From positions 5,184,001 to 5,248,000 of the forward strand of contig OY970368.1 in NCBI GenBank assembly GCA_963718615.1: a DNA stretch of 64,000 nucleotides, given 5' to 3'. A program made the translations under genes and the position numbers. Below the pieces are notes generated by a model. It was not told the origin of the DNA and made no database searches. It was given only the letters and a program-made list of their open reading frames with translations. Below are positions 27,775 through 37,982 of the stretch, one piece after another. The stretch comes from an uncultured cyanobacterium (lineage in GTDB: Bacteria > Cyanobacteriota > Cyanobacteriia > PCC-9006 > JAAUQQ01). Numbering within the stretch: the first letter of the stretch is position 1; every line of letters begins with the position of its first letter.

Positions 27775-28086
27775 TTATTCGGAGTCTTCGTCGGGCCAAT
27801 GGTGTTGTAGGCGCTCTAGGATGCCATCGGTGTAGGTTTCTGGGTTTTGGCACAGATCGCGTAGGGCCTCTTGCAGGCGTTCGGCTTGCTGGTCGCGATC
27901 GCCCTCTGGGGGGTCTCCGGGGGGCAAAGTGCCGGTGGCTTGCATACAGATGAGTAGGCTGGTGAGGGCTTGCTGGCGCTCTAGGGTGCCGGGGGGATGT
28001 TGGAGGCTGCGGTTGAGGATCTGGTTGAGGGCGGCTTGGGTTTCTGGGGTGTTGGCGCTGGGGCGTTTGGGTCGGAAGAGGGACAT
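27775..28086 (-). CDS. Hypothetical protein (copy 1)
   Basis: Paralog of 28548..28859; reading frame conserved between the copies. Confidence 0.6.
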   Translation of the reverse strand: MSLFRPKRPSANTPETQAALNQILNRSLQHPPGTLERQQALTSLLICMQATGTLPPGDPPEGDRDQQAERLQEALRDLCQNPETYTDGILERLQHHWPDEDSE

Positions 28087-28254
28087 GGGTGGGCTAGCGC
28101 AAGAGGGTTGAGGGGTGAATCTGGATGTTAGATTCACTACTTGTAAGTATTTCTCTGGGCTAGCGACCTATGCGGGGAAGATTTCCTTTGGGTTGCTTCC
28201 ACAATAGGGTTGTAGGGACATGGCAATGTGTCACGCGCTGTAAGGTTGTACCCC

Positions 28255-28521
28255 GTGGCACTGACGGGCATTTTCTTTAAGGAGGCGTTTTGTTTTAATC
28301 GCGCTGAAACTAAGGCTCTAACGCCGCTTGTGCCGATGCTGTTGCTGGGTCATCTGGCTGGGGTGATTCAGCCGGGTACGGAACGGGTGCTGTTGCTGGT
28401 TTTGGCGGTTTTGTTTGGGGTGTTTGCAGGGCGTAAGACGATTCAGGAGATTCCGTCGGATATTGGCGATAAAAGTGTGTTTGAATACCTCAAGGCTCAG
28501 GCACGGTCGGCCCAGTCTTGA
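28255..28521 (+). pseudogene. Duplicated 3' half of the DUF2301 gene
   Basis: Near-identical to 27469..27720. Confidence 0.85.
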
Positions 28522-28547
28522 TGTTGGCTGGATCCGGGTTGATTGGT

Positions 28548-28859
28548 TTATTCGGAGTCTTCGTCGGGCCAATGGTGTTGTAGGCGTTCTAGGATGCCAT
28601 CGGTGTAGGTTTCTGGGTTTTGGCACAGATCGCGCAGGGCGTCTTGCAGGCGTTCGGCTTGCTGGTCGCGATCGCCCTCTGGAGGGTTTCCGGGGAGCAA
28701 GATACCGGTGGCTTGCATACAGATGAGCAGGCTGGTGAGGGCTTGCTGGCGCTCTAGGGTGCCAGGGGGGTGTTGGAGGCTGCGGTTGAGGATCTGGTTG
28801 AGGGCGGCTTGGGTTTCTGGGCTGTTGGCGGTGGGGCGTTTGGGTCGGAAGAAGGCCAT
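28548..28859 (-). CDS. Hypothetical protein (copy 2)
   Basis: Near-identical to copy 1. Confidence 0.6.
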   Translation of the reverse strand: MAFFRPKRPTANSPETQAALNQILNRSLQHPPGTLERQQALTSLLICMQATGILLPGNPPEGDRDQQAERLQDALRDLCQNPETYTDGILERLQHHWPDEDSE

Positions 28860-28998
28860 GGGTGGGCTAGCGTGAGAGGGTTGAGGGAGTGAATCTGGGT
28901 GTTAGATTCACTACCTGTAAGTATTAAGAAGAAGTCAATAGACTTTCAATGGCATTTCACTTAACCTAAGATATCGTTGGCGATCTAGTAGAGTAAGC

Positions 28999-29144
28999 AT
29001 GGACCTCAATTTCCTCAGTGCCCTTGAACTACGCCAGATCTGCTACTTTCTGACCATCGTAGACAACGGCAACAACTTTAGCCGAGCCGCAGAATGCTTG
29101 TATGTCGAACAGCCACCCCTGAGTCAGCGGATTCGTACTCTCGA
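28999..29144 (+). pseudogene. LysR-family regulator 5' fragment fused to a CRISPR repeat
   Basis: LELRQICYF...NFSRAAECLYVEQPPLSQRIRTLE is a LysR HTH; it runs directly into repeat sequence. Confidence 0.8.
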
Positions 29145-29240
29145 ATTCAATTGGTTTCCCCAGCGAGTGGGGAGTGTGTCTTCTAGTCCATCGCACGTAG
29201 TCGTCTTGAGGTTTCCATTCAATTGGTTTCCCCAGCGAGT
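29145..29240 (-). CRISPR. Detached mini-array: 2 truncated repeats and one 36-nt spacer
   Basis: Same repeat as the main array; spacer at 29175..29210. Confidence 0.85.
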
Positions 29241-29319
29241 AAAGCGCTATACAATAACAACAGTTGAAAATAATGATATTGACAGTCTGTCCTAAAATCA
29301 GACGGCTTTTATCTTTGGA

Positions 29320-29418
29320 AATAAGGAAGATTTACCTCAAATCAGCATTGAAGATTATCAAATCAAGCTTTTAGTGTTTAGCCTAGATAGCTTAGAGGTC
29401 GTAGAATGGAGAGACTAA
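29320..29418 (+). pseudogene. XisH C-terminal remnant
   Basis: ...EDLPQISIEDYQIKLLVFSLDSLEVVEWRD* overlaps the XisI start, as in xisH-xisI pairs. Confidence 0.6.
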
Positions 29419-29756
29419 CTGAGGAACAATTGGCTACGTATCGAACTTTGATTGAGCAAGTCATTCATCATTACAGCAAGTTCAAGCCGATTATTGGTGA
29501 TGTAGAACGAGAAATATCATTCGATCGAGAACGAGATCATTATCATCTTTTTACGCTCGGATGGAATGGCCATCAAAGAATTTATGGCTGTTTAATTCAT
29601 ATAGATATTCGAGATGGAAAAATCTGGATTCAGTATGATGGTACGGAAACTGGTGTGGCGAATGATCTGGTGGAGAGGGGTGTGGATAAGCAGCAAATTG
29701 TCTTGGCATTTCAGTCGGAAACTCTACGTCGGTATGGTGAGTTTGCGATCGTTTGA
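29406..29756 (+). CDS. xisI: XisI-family protein
   Basis: FDRERDHY...GW...RIYGCLIHIDIRDGKIWIQYDGTE...IVLAF. Confidence 0.9.
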   Translation: MERLTEEQLATYRTLIEQVIHHYSKFKPIIGDVEREISFDRERDHYHLFTLGWNGHQRIYGCLIHIDIRDGKIWIQYDGTETGVANDLVERGVDKQQIVLAFQSETLRRYGEFAIV

Positions 29757-29843
29757 GTGGATGGTTGAGTCAGTATTGTCGTTTTCATTCAATGGGTGGC
29801 GTTGCTGAATCGAGGGATGTATGGATTTGCGGCGATCGCCAAC

Positions 29844-29872
29844 GTGGGTACATGGCAATGCCATGTACCCAC
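29844..29872. repeat. REP-like palindrome
   Basis: GTGGGTACATGGCA-A-TGCCATGTACCCAC; a half copy GTAGGGACATGGCAATG lies at 28212. Confidence 0.65.
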
Positions 29873-29900
29873 CAAATTCATGCCTAAAATCAGCAATGCC

Positions 29901-32900
29901 CAATTGGTTTCCCCAGCGAGTGGGGAGGACTAAACCACAGCGCCGTAATTGACTACGCATTAGGTGTTTCCATTCAATTGGTTTCCCCAGCGAGTGGGGA
30001 GGTAACAGTTTGTAACGGAGGGTTTACGACCATGAGCTGTTTCCATTCAATTGGTTTCCCCAGCGAGTGGGGAGCAAGTCTGTCATGGGAAAATTGTACT
30101 CAAATGCAATTAGTTTCCATTCAATTGGTTTCCCCAGCGAGTGGGGAGAGGGCGGTAACTTCTTCGTGAATTACTGCCGAGAGATTGCCGGTTTCCATTC
30201 AATTGGTTTCCCCAGCGAGTGGGGAGCGGAGAACAGGCACAAGCTTGCTAAGCCCACACTTAGTTTCCATTCAATTGGTTTCCCCAGCGAGTGGGGAGGA
30301 TCAAGCCCGCCGCTGCGTTTGTGCAGTACGTTCAGTTTCCATTCAATTGGTTTCCCCAGCGAGTGGGGAGGACGTTAGTATTCAAGTTATTACGGCAAAT
30401 ATCTAAGTCCGGTTTCCATTCAATTGGTTTCCCCAGCGAGTGGGGAGGGTGTATGGGATGTAGATGTCCAAGACCCTGGATATAAACAGTTTCCATTCAA
30501 TTGGTTTCCCCAGCGAGTGGGGAGGCGCGGGCGAAAGTGTCACACCATACCGATGTCCGTCGTTGAGTTTCCATTCAATTGGTTTCCCCAGCGAGTGGGG
30601 AGGTTTCTCTGTTTTGTAGCTCAGGATGCGGCACTTCTGACCTAGTTTCCATTCAATTGGTTTCCCCAGCGAGTGGGGAGGTGACGCTGGTTACAAGGTA
30701 TTGATGCGGATGTTATCCGTTTCCATTCAATTGGTTTCCCCAGCGAGTGGGGAGGAAACAGCATTCTTACGATGGCTAGCGCGGTTAACTGCCGTTTCCA
30801 TTCAATTGGTTTCCCCAGCGAGTGGGGAGGCTTCGCAAAATCGATACAGACATAAACTCTCTGTATGTTTCCATTCAATTGGTTTCCCCAGCGAGTGGGG
30901 AGGCTTATCCCACTAGCGCGAAAGTGAAAGTTGATCCAATACGTTTCCATTCAATTGGTTTCCCCAGCGAGTGGGGAGGCAAAACCTACCAAGGAGAAAA
31001 AAGCCGGTGTGAAGGTTTCCATTCAATTGGTTTCCCCAGCGAGTGGGGAGGTTGGAAATGCATTCCCGCTGGAATAACTCCTGCTGTCTAAGGTTTCCAT
31101 TCAATTGGTTTCCCCAGCGAGTGGGGAGGCCCAAAAGCGCAGCACCAACAGCCCCGTAAACAAGTTTCCATTCAATTGGTTTCCCCAGCGAGTGGGGAGG
31201 CCTTTAAGGACCAGAGCAAGACCGGACGAGCGATGAAAGCGTGTTTCCATTCAATTGGTTTCCCCAGCGAGTGGGGAGCGCCAAGGATGCTCGGGCTCAT
31301 AGTTTTCATGAAACGCCGAAGTTTCCATTCAATTGGTTTCCCCAGCGAGTGGGGAGGCCAGGTGCAAAACAACAAACCCAAATACACCCCAAGGAGTTTC
31401 CATTCAATTGGTTTCCCCAGCGAGTGGGGAGGCACGTACGCTTTATCTTTGCCCTTACCGGCCCCTTGTTTCCATTCAATTGGTTTCCCCAGCGAGTGGG
31501 GAGTTGAATTAAACGGTTTTGTTTTTAATAATATTTCCCGGTTTCCATTCAATTGGTTTCCCCAGCGAGTGGGGAGAACTAAGAGTTCTTTTCGAGACAC
31601 CCTCGCATCTGTATCGGTTTCCATTCAATTGGTTTCCCCAGCGAGTGGGGAGCCTGAGGGTGGGGCGCATGAATAAAAATTTCATCACCCTAGTTTCCAT
31701 TCAATTGGTTTCCCCAGCGAGTGGGGAGTACTTTACTTTACCGAGGTTTTTACCATGGCTATTCCTGGTTTCCATTCAATTGGTTTCCCCAGCGAGTGGG
31801 GAGGCCAATCACCTCGCCGAGCCCTATCTCGAATCCCAATTGATGTTTCCATTCAATTGGTTTCCCCAGCGAGTGGGGAGCCGATGACTGGGGCAATATC
31901 CCGATGGGGTACTGCCGGTTTGGGTTTCCATTCAATTGGTTTCCCCAGCGAGTGGGGAGTCCAGTTCAGACTAGTAAAGGGTATGTGGACAACTAGTTTC
32001 CATTCAATTGGTTTCCCCAGCGAGTGGGGAGCCACGGGTACACCAGAGAAGTTACACCGGACTCTTGAGTTTCCATTCAATTGGTTTCCCCAGCGAGTGG
32101 GGAGTCGTCAGAGCATCCAGCGTTAGGCCCAGCGTCAGCATCGTTTCCATTCAATTGGTTTCCCCAGCGAGTGGGGAGTATAAGTAACCAACGAAGTTTT
32201 TTTGATGACCTGAGGTTTCCATTCAATTGGTTTCCCCAGCGAGTGGGGAGAATCGCTTCTCTGGCGATCCGTGTTGATGGGCTGACGCCAGTTTCCATTC
32301 AATTGGTTTCCCCAGCGAGTGGGGAGCCAGTGGGAAGCGATCAGCCTGCGGCTTTGCCAATGGGCGTTTCCATTCAATTGGTTTCCCCAGCGAGTGGGGA
32401 GATACTCGCCGCCTACTGGAGCAGACGAGAACGGAGACCCTCTGTTTCCATTCAATTGGTTTCCCCAGCGAGTGGGGAGATAATAAGGAACGTCTCCATA
32501 TACTAGAGTCTTTATGTTTCCATTCAATTGGTTTCCCCAGCGAGTGGGGAGAAAATAACTGTTGACATTATTGCTGATATCAGCAAAGTTTCCATTCAAT
32601 TGGTTTCCCCAGCGAGTGGGGAGTGTTTACGGGACAATTATTTGTAGCGTAGGGGATAAAATGTTTCCATTCAATTGGTTTCCCCAGCGAGTGGGGAGAA
32701 GATTGTGGATTTAGTCTGTGTCAGGGTCGTTAGCATGGTTTCCATTCAATTGGTTTCCCCAGCGAGTGGGGAGTGACGAAGTTGACACGCCTTACTTGCC
32801 TGAGGTGGCATCCGACGGGTTTCCATTCAATTGGTTTCCCCAGCGAGTGGGGAGAATGGGCTTCTGCGGGGGGTCTACGGGCATTGTAGCTAGGTTTCCA

Positions 32901-35303
32901 TTCAATTGGTTTCCCCAGCGAGTGGGGAGGGGCAACTGCAACCACAGGCACCGAACCCGATCTGAGTGTTTCCATTCAATTGGTTTCCCCAGCGAGTGGG
33001 GAGACGTAGATATGAAGCTTAAATTCTCGAAACCTGATGTTTCCATTCAATTGGTTTCCCCAGCGAGTGGGGAGCAAAGGTATGGATCGCCCATCCATTA
33101 CCCAAGTATTTTGGTTTCCATTCAATTGGTTTCCCCAGCGAGTGGGGAGTCGTTTTTTCAAATGCTTTATTCTCGGCAGATAGATAGTTTCCATTCAATT
33201 GGTTTCCCCAGCGAGTGGGGAGTTACCCTATCGAATCTTTAGACGAGCTCGAATTTAGCGACATCGTTTCCATTCAATTGGTTTCCCCAGCGAGTGGGGA
33301 GGCTGTCGATTGATGCCCCGCCCCGCATTGCCCAAGTGGTTTCCATTCAATTGGTTTCCCCAGCGAGTGGGGAGTTACTGCTGCTGCTAATGCGGTCGTA
33401 GTGAATGCACTTGTTTCCATTCAATTGGTTTCCCCAGCGAGTGGGGAGCGATTACATTCCCGGCGATAGCTTTCTGTGTCGCTTCCTCAAGTTTCCATTC
33501 AATTGGTTTCCCCAGCGAGTGGGGAGCCTTTTGTATTGGGCCACGATGCATTTCGCCATGTAAAGTTTCCATTCAATTGGTTTCCCCAGCGAGTGGGGAG
33601 TCAATAGGTACAAATAGGGTGTTTTTTAAGCCTTGGCAAATGTTTCCATTCAATTGGTTTCCCCAGCGAGTGGGGAGGATGACAAAGCATCTTTACCGTT
33701 TAACGTCTCCCATGTTTCCATTCAATTGGTTTCCCCAGCGAGTGGGGAGTCAAAAAGGTGGGGCTTACTTTCTCCAATCTGGTGGCCCTAGTTTCCATTC
33801 AATTGGTTTCCCCAGCGAGTGGGGAGTATAGATGATAAGGATACTCCATCGTTTACTGTAGTTTCCATTCAATTGGTTTCCCCAGCGAGTGGGGAGCTGA
33901 AGGTATCCAAAAGTGGTGAGATCAGGATGATGGTTTCCATTCAATTGGTTTCCCCAGCGAGTGGGGAGAGGTTGTGTACCTAACTTTAAATCTAACAAAC
34001 TATAGTTTCCATTCAATTGGTTTCCCCAGCGAGTGGGGAGTTAATAAGGATAGACTTAAATAAATTTAAACCTATAAACGATGTTTCCATTCAATTGGTT
34101 TCCCCAGCGAGTGGGGAGAAAAGACAAGCTAAGCAAGTTGTAGAACAAGCCCTAGTTTCCATTCAATTGGTTTCCCCAGCGAGTGGGGAGCTACGTCTTT
34201 TTCAACAAAGGGTTAGGACTACCCGAAGTTTCCATTCAATTGGTTTCCCCAGCGAGTGGGGAGTCACCAGAAAAGCTAAGAATAGACAGGAAAAAAGACA
34301 AGTTTCCATTCAATTGGTTTCCCCAGCGAGTGGGGAGGGTAGTTGTATTTTTATATGGAAATGTTTTATATGTATAGTTTCCATTCAATTGGTTTCCCCA
34401 GCGAGTGGGGAGTTACAGGAACCGGTCAAGTCAACGAACGGTAAGAGTTTCCATTCAATTGGTTTCCCCAGCGAGTGGGGAGCAGCAACCGCCCCGGCCC
34501 CCGACTTCAAGTTGCCAAGTTTCCATTCAATTGGTTTCCCCAGCGAGTGGGGAGGCGACTCGTCTGGCAACTTTATAGTGTAAACACCCTGTGTTTCCAT
34601 TCAATTGGTTTCCCCAGCGAGTGGGGAGCCGTATTGAGTCTTTTCTTTCTTTCGGCAGGTTTAGTTTCCATTCAATTGGTTTCCCCAGCGAGTGGGGAGT
34701 TTGCAATCGATCTTGACCAAACCGACCCGCCGGTTTATAAAGTTTCCATTCAATTGGTTTCCCCAGCGAGTGGGGAGGCTAAACGAATCAATCAGGTTGA
34801 GAGATTTGTGCAAAGTTTCCATTCAATTGGTTTCCCCAGCGAGTGGGGAGACTGTTAGTGGCTAAGCTGCCACTAGATAATGTTACTGTTTCCATTCAAT
34901 TGGTTTCCCCAGCGAGTGGGGAGAGGATATTATCATGAGTTTAGATACCAGAATTAACGAAGCGTTTCCATTCAATTGGTTTCCCCAGCGAGTGGGGAGG
35001 AAAACGCGATACAAGGATGCTGATGTGGCACCTCTACGTTTCCATTCAATTGGTTTCCCCAGCGAGTGGGGAGTTGGCAGTCACGCTCTGAGCCGCTACA
35101 CCAGCGGTTTTGTTGTTTCCATTCAATTGGTTTCCCCAGCGAGTGGGGAGAAAAACTTATACTCAATAAGTAATATCTTTTTACCATCACTAGTAGTTTC
35201 CATTCAATTGGTTTCCCCAGCGAGTGGGGAGGTGGTGGCAAGATGGCCAGAGAGATCGGGTGATTGAGTTTCCATTCAATTGGTTTCCCCAGCGAGTGGG
35301 GAG
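29901..35303 (-). CRISPR. CRISPR array, leader-distal part (~72 full repeats and 1 partial)
   Basis: 36-nt repeat GTTTCCATTCAATTGGTTTCCCCAGCGAGTGGGGAG (+); minus-strand form ends ATTGAATGGAAAC; spacers ~34-45 nt; counted by hand. Confidence 0.98.
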
Positions 35304-35528
35304 TAGTAGGTTTTGTGGATGTTTCCACCCGAACGATACGAAGTTGTTAGACGACAATAGCATTGGCGGCTGCTCGACATTTCCTGGCGGGAGTTGTCGC
35401 GAAAGCGTGGCTTGGATCGTGAGACAGACGTGAGACTTTGACAGCTCACTGGCGTGGCGATCGACAAAAAAAGACACTCATAGGGTCCCCCTGGAAAGAA
35501 AGGACTCTAACGAGTGTCGAGAGTAATA

Positions 35529-37304
35529 ATGTATCAACAGCGAGTGTACATGAATGCAAAGGAGCATGGCCTGTCGCAGCAAGATGCGGCAGCGGTGGCG
35601 GAATTTTCGGTGCGAACCGCGCAACGAATGGATGCCAACGAGTGGCAGCAGGGGAGTGGAGAGGGCACCGGGGTGCGGACCCGGCCAGATCCACTCAACG
35701 GTCTTTGGGAAGCCGAACTAGAGGCGATGCTGCGAGCTGAGCCAAGACTGAAACCGACGACGTTATTTGAGCATTTGCAGGACAAATATCCGGGTCAATA
35801 TCCGCAAGTGCTCAGGACGCTTCAGCGGCGAGTGAGAACCTGGAAAGCACTGTATGGTCCAGCTCCCGAGGTGATGTTTGAGCTGCGTCACGAGCCGGGG
35901 GTGCAAGGATTTTCCGACTTCACCGAACTCAAAGGGACGGTGGTGACGATAAATGGAAAGCCCTATGAGCACTTGATTTATCACTACCGCTTGGGCTACA
36001 GCGGCTGGTCCTACGCGGAGTTAATCGAGGGGGGTGAAAGCTTTGTCGCCCTATCCGAAGGATTGCAGAATGCCCTGTTTGCCTGCGGCGGGGCTCCAAA
36101 GCAGCATCGCACCGATAGCCTGAGTGCGGCCTATCGAAATCTGGGTGGGAAGAAGACCAAACCGCTGACGCGCTTGTATGACGACCTGTGTGAGCACTAT
36201 CGGTTGCAACCGACGCGAAACAACCGGGGAATCGCCCACGAGAACGGTTCTATTGAAGGCCCCCACGGTCATCTGAAGAACCGCATTGTCCAAGCGATGT
36301 ACCTGCGCGGCAGCACCGACTTCGCTAGCGTCAGCGACTATCAAGACCTGCTCAATGACTGTGTGGCCAAGCTCAATGCCCAGCATCAGGATAAGTATGA
36401 GCATGAGAAAGCGCATCTCCAGGCGTTGCCCAAATACCGGGCTGCGGACTACGAACTCCTCACCGCTAAGGTGAGCAGCAACAGCACGATTGATATCCGC
36501 TGCATGCTCTACAGCGTGCCGTCTCGCTTAATTGGCCGGTCCCTGGAAGTGCATCTGCACCACAACCGCCTGATGGGCTACCTCGAAGGCCATGAAGTGT
36601 TCAGGTTGAAACGGATTCGTTCTACTGACAAGGACAAGCGGCGCGCCCGCTCGGTGGACTATCACCATGTCATCGAAGGGTTGCGCAAAAAGCCCTTGGC
36701 CTTCCTCCACAGCACCTGGCGAGAGGACCTCCTGCCCAATGAGCGCTATCACCAACTCTGGAAACAGCTCCAGGCTGGCTTTGAGCTTGATTCTGCCGCC
36801 GTGCTCATGGTCGAAGCCCTCTATATTGCGGCGACCCAAAACAAGGAAGCGGCGGTCGCTGACTACCTCTTCCCAGAGATTGAGGCCAAAACCCTCACCC
36901 TCTCAAGGCTCAGACTCCATTTTCAGTTGCTCACCAAACTCGAATTCCCCACCGTGAATGTCCAACAACATGACCTCAACGACTACGATGCCCTTCTGTT
37001 CACCCACAGCAGCGTCATCCCAGATGCAGAACCAGAGCTCGTCTCAACCGGAGCTGAGCCCTTACCAAAGCCTCAGCGCTCAGCTCAAGCACCTGCGCTT
37101 ATCCCATATGCTCAACCACTGGGAGACCTTGGAGCAGCAAGCCATGCGAGAGACCTGGTCCTACGCGCAATTTCTCTTGGCCCTGTGCCAACTCGAAACA
37201 GACCGCCGCAAGGCTTTGCGCCTCCAAAGAGCCATCACCGAAGCTCAACTGCCCAACGCCAAAACGGTTTCCAATTTCGATTGGACACACCTGCCCCTGG
37301 TTAA
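35529..37304 (+). CDS. istA: IS21 transposase IstA
   Basis: DFT, HRTDSLSAA, HENGSIE DDE motifs; YSVPSRLIG. Confidence 0.92.
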   Translation: MYQQRVYMNAKEHGLSQQDAAAVAEFSVRTAQRMDANEWQQGSGEGTGVRTRPDPLNGLWEAELEAMLRAEPRLKPTTLFEHLQDKYPGQYPQVLRTLQRRVRTWKALYGPAPEVMFELRHEPGVQGFSDFTELKGTVVTINGKPYEHLIYHYRLGYSGWSYAELIEGGESFVALSEGLQNALFACGGAPKQHRTDSLSAAYRNLGGKKTKPLTRLYDDLCEHYRLQPTRNNRGIAHENGSIEGPHGHLKNRIVQAMYLRGSTDFASVSDYQDLLNDCVAKLNAQHQDKYEHEKAHLQALPKYRAADYELLTAKVSSNSTIDIRCMLYSVPSRLIGRSLEVHLHHNRLMGYLEGHEVFRLKRIRSTDKDKRRARSVDYHHVIEGLRKKPLAFLHSTWREDLLPNERYHQLWKQLQAGFELDSAAVLMVEALYIAATQNKEAAVADYLFPEIEAKTLTLSRLRLHFQLLTKLEFPTVNVQQHDLNDYDALLFTHSSVIPDAEPELVSTGAEPLPKPQRSAQAPALIPYAQPLGDLGAASHARDLVLRAISLGPVPTRNRPPQGFAPPKSHHRSSTAQRQNGFQFRLDTPAPG

Positions 37305-37872
37305 CCCTCTCCCGATTCAAAAACTCGCCACTGAACCCCAGTGGATTGATGACGCCCAAAACTGTCTCTTCTTCGGACCTTCTGGGGTCGGCAAAACCCA
37401 TCTGGCCGCTGGCATCGCTCGTGCCGCCCTGGAAGCGGGCAAGCGCGTCAAATTCTTCTGTGCCACCACCCTGGTGCAGTATCTCCAAAAAGAAAAGCTT
37501 CATCTCCAGCTTCAGCCTGCCCTGAAAAAGCTCGACCGCTTTGACCTCGTGATCATTGATGACCTCGGCTATGTCCAAAAATCCGAGGCAGAAACCTCCG
37601 TTCTCTTTGAACTCATTGCCTATCGCTATGAGCGCAAAAGCATCATGGTCACTGCCAATCAGCCGTTCAGTGAGTGGAACTCCATCTTTGGTGATTCCAT
37701 GATGACCGTCGCCGCCGTTGACCGCCTCATTCACCATGCGGTCATTCTCGAAATCAAGGCGGACAGTTTTCGTAAACGCTCCGCTCACCAGCGCTCTGAG
37801 AACTTGAAGGCACTCCCGGCAAAATCCTCTGAATCTGACTCCCAAACATCGACACACCAGAAGCGATCTTAG
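36958..37872 (+). CDS. istB: IS21 helper ATPase IstB
   Basis: GPSGVGKT, IIDDLGY, AAVDRLIHH; true start is probably ~37024. Confidence 0.92.
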   Translation: MSNNMTSTTTMPFCSPTAASSQMQNQSSSQPELSPYQSLSAQLKHLRLSHMLNHWETLEQQAMRETWSYAQFLLALCQLETDRRKALRLQRAITEAQLPNAKTVSNFDWTHLPLVNPLPIQKLATEPQWIDDAQNCLFFGPSGVGKTHLAAGIARAALEAGKRVKFFCATTLVQYLQKEKLHLQLQPALKKLDRFDLVIIDDLGYVQKSEAETSVLFELIAYRYERKSIMVTANQPFSEWNSIFGDSMMTVAAVDRLIHHAVILEIKADSFRKRSAHQRSENLKALPAKSSESDSQTSTHQKRS

Positions 37873-37982
37873 ATTGTCGTCTTGACCTGAGATTGCCGCT
37901 TCTCATTTCCTTTTGCCAATTCAGTGGGCTCCCCGCCTTCTAATTGTCGCGACAGGCAAATGTCTTGACACTTGATAACGAA

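Larger units (their letters stand above)
35345..37977 (+). mobile_element. IS21-family insertion sequence inside the CRISPR array
   Basis: istA and istB genes; flanked by the 7-bp direct repeat ACGAAGT (35338..35344 and 37978..37984); left end TGTTAG, imperfect terminal IRs. Confidence 0.9.

Noticed and set aside
35345-37977. CRISPR-associated transposon (CAST)
   Set aside because: It is a plain istA/istB element with its own target duplication; no tniQ, cas12k or Cascade is linked
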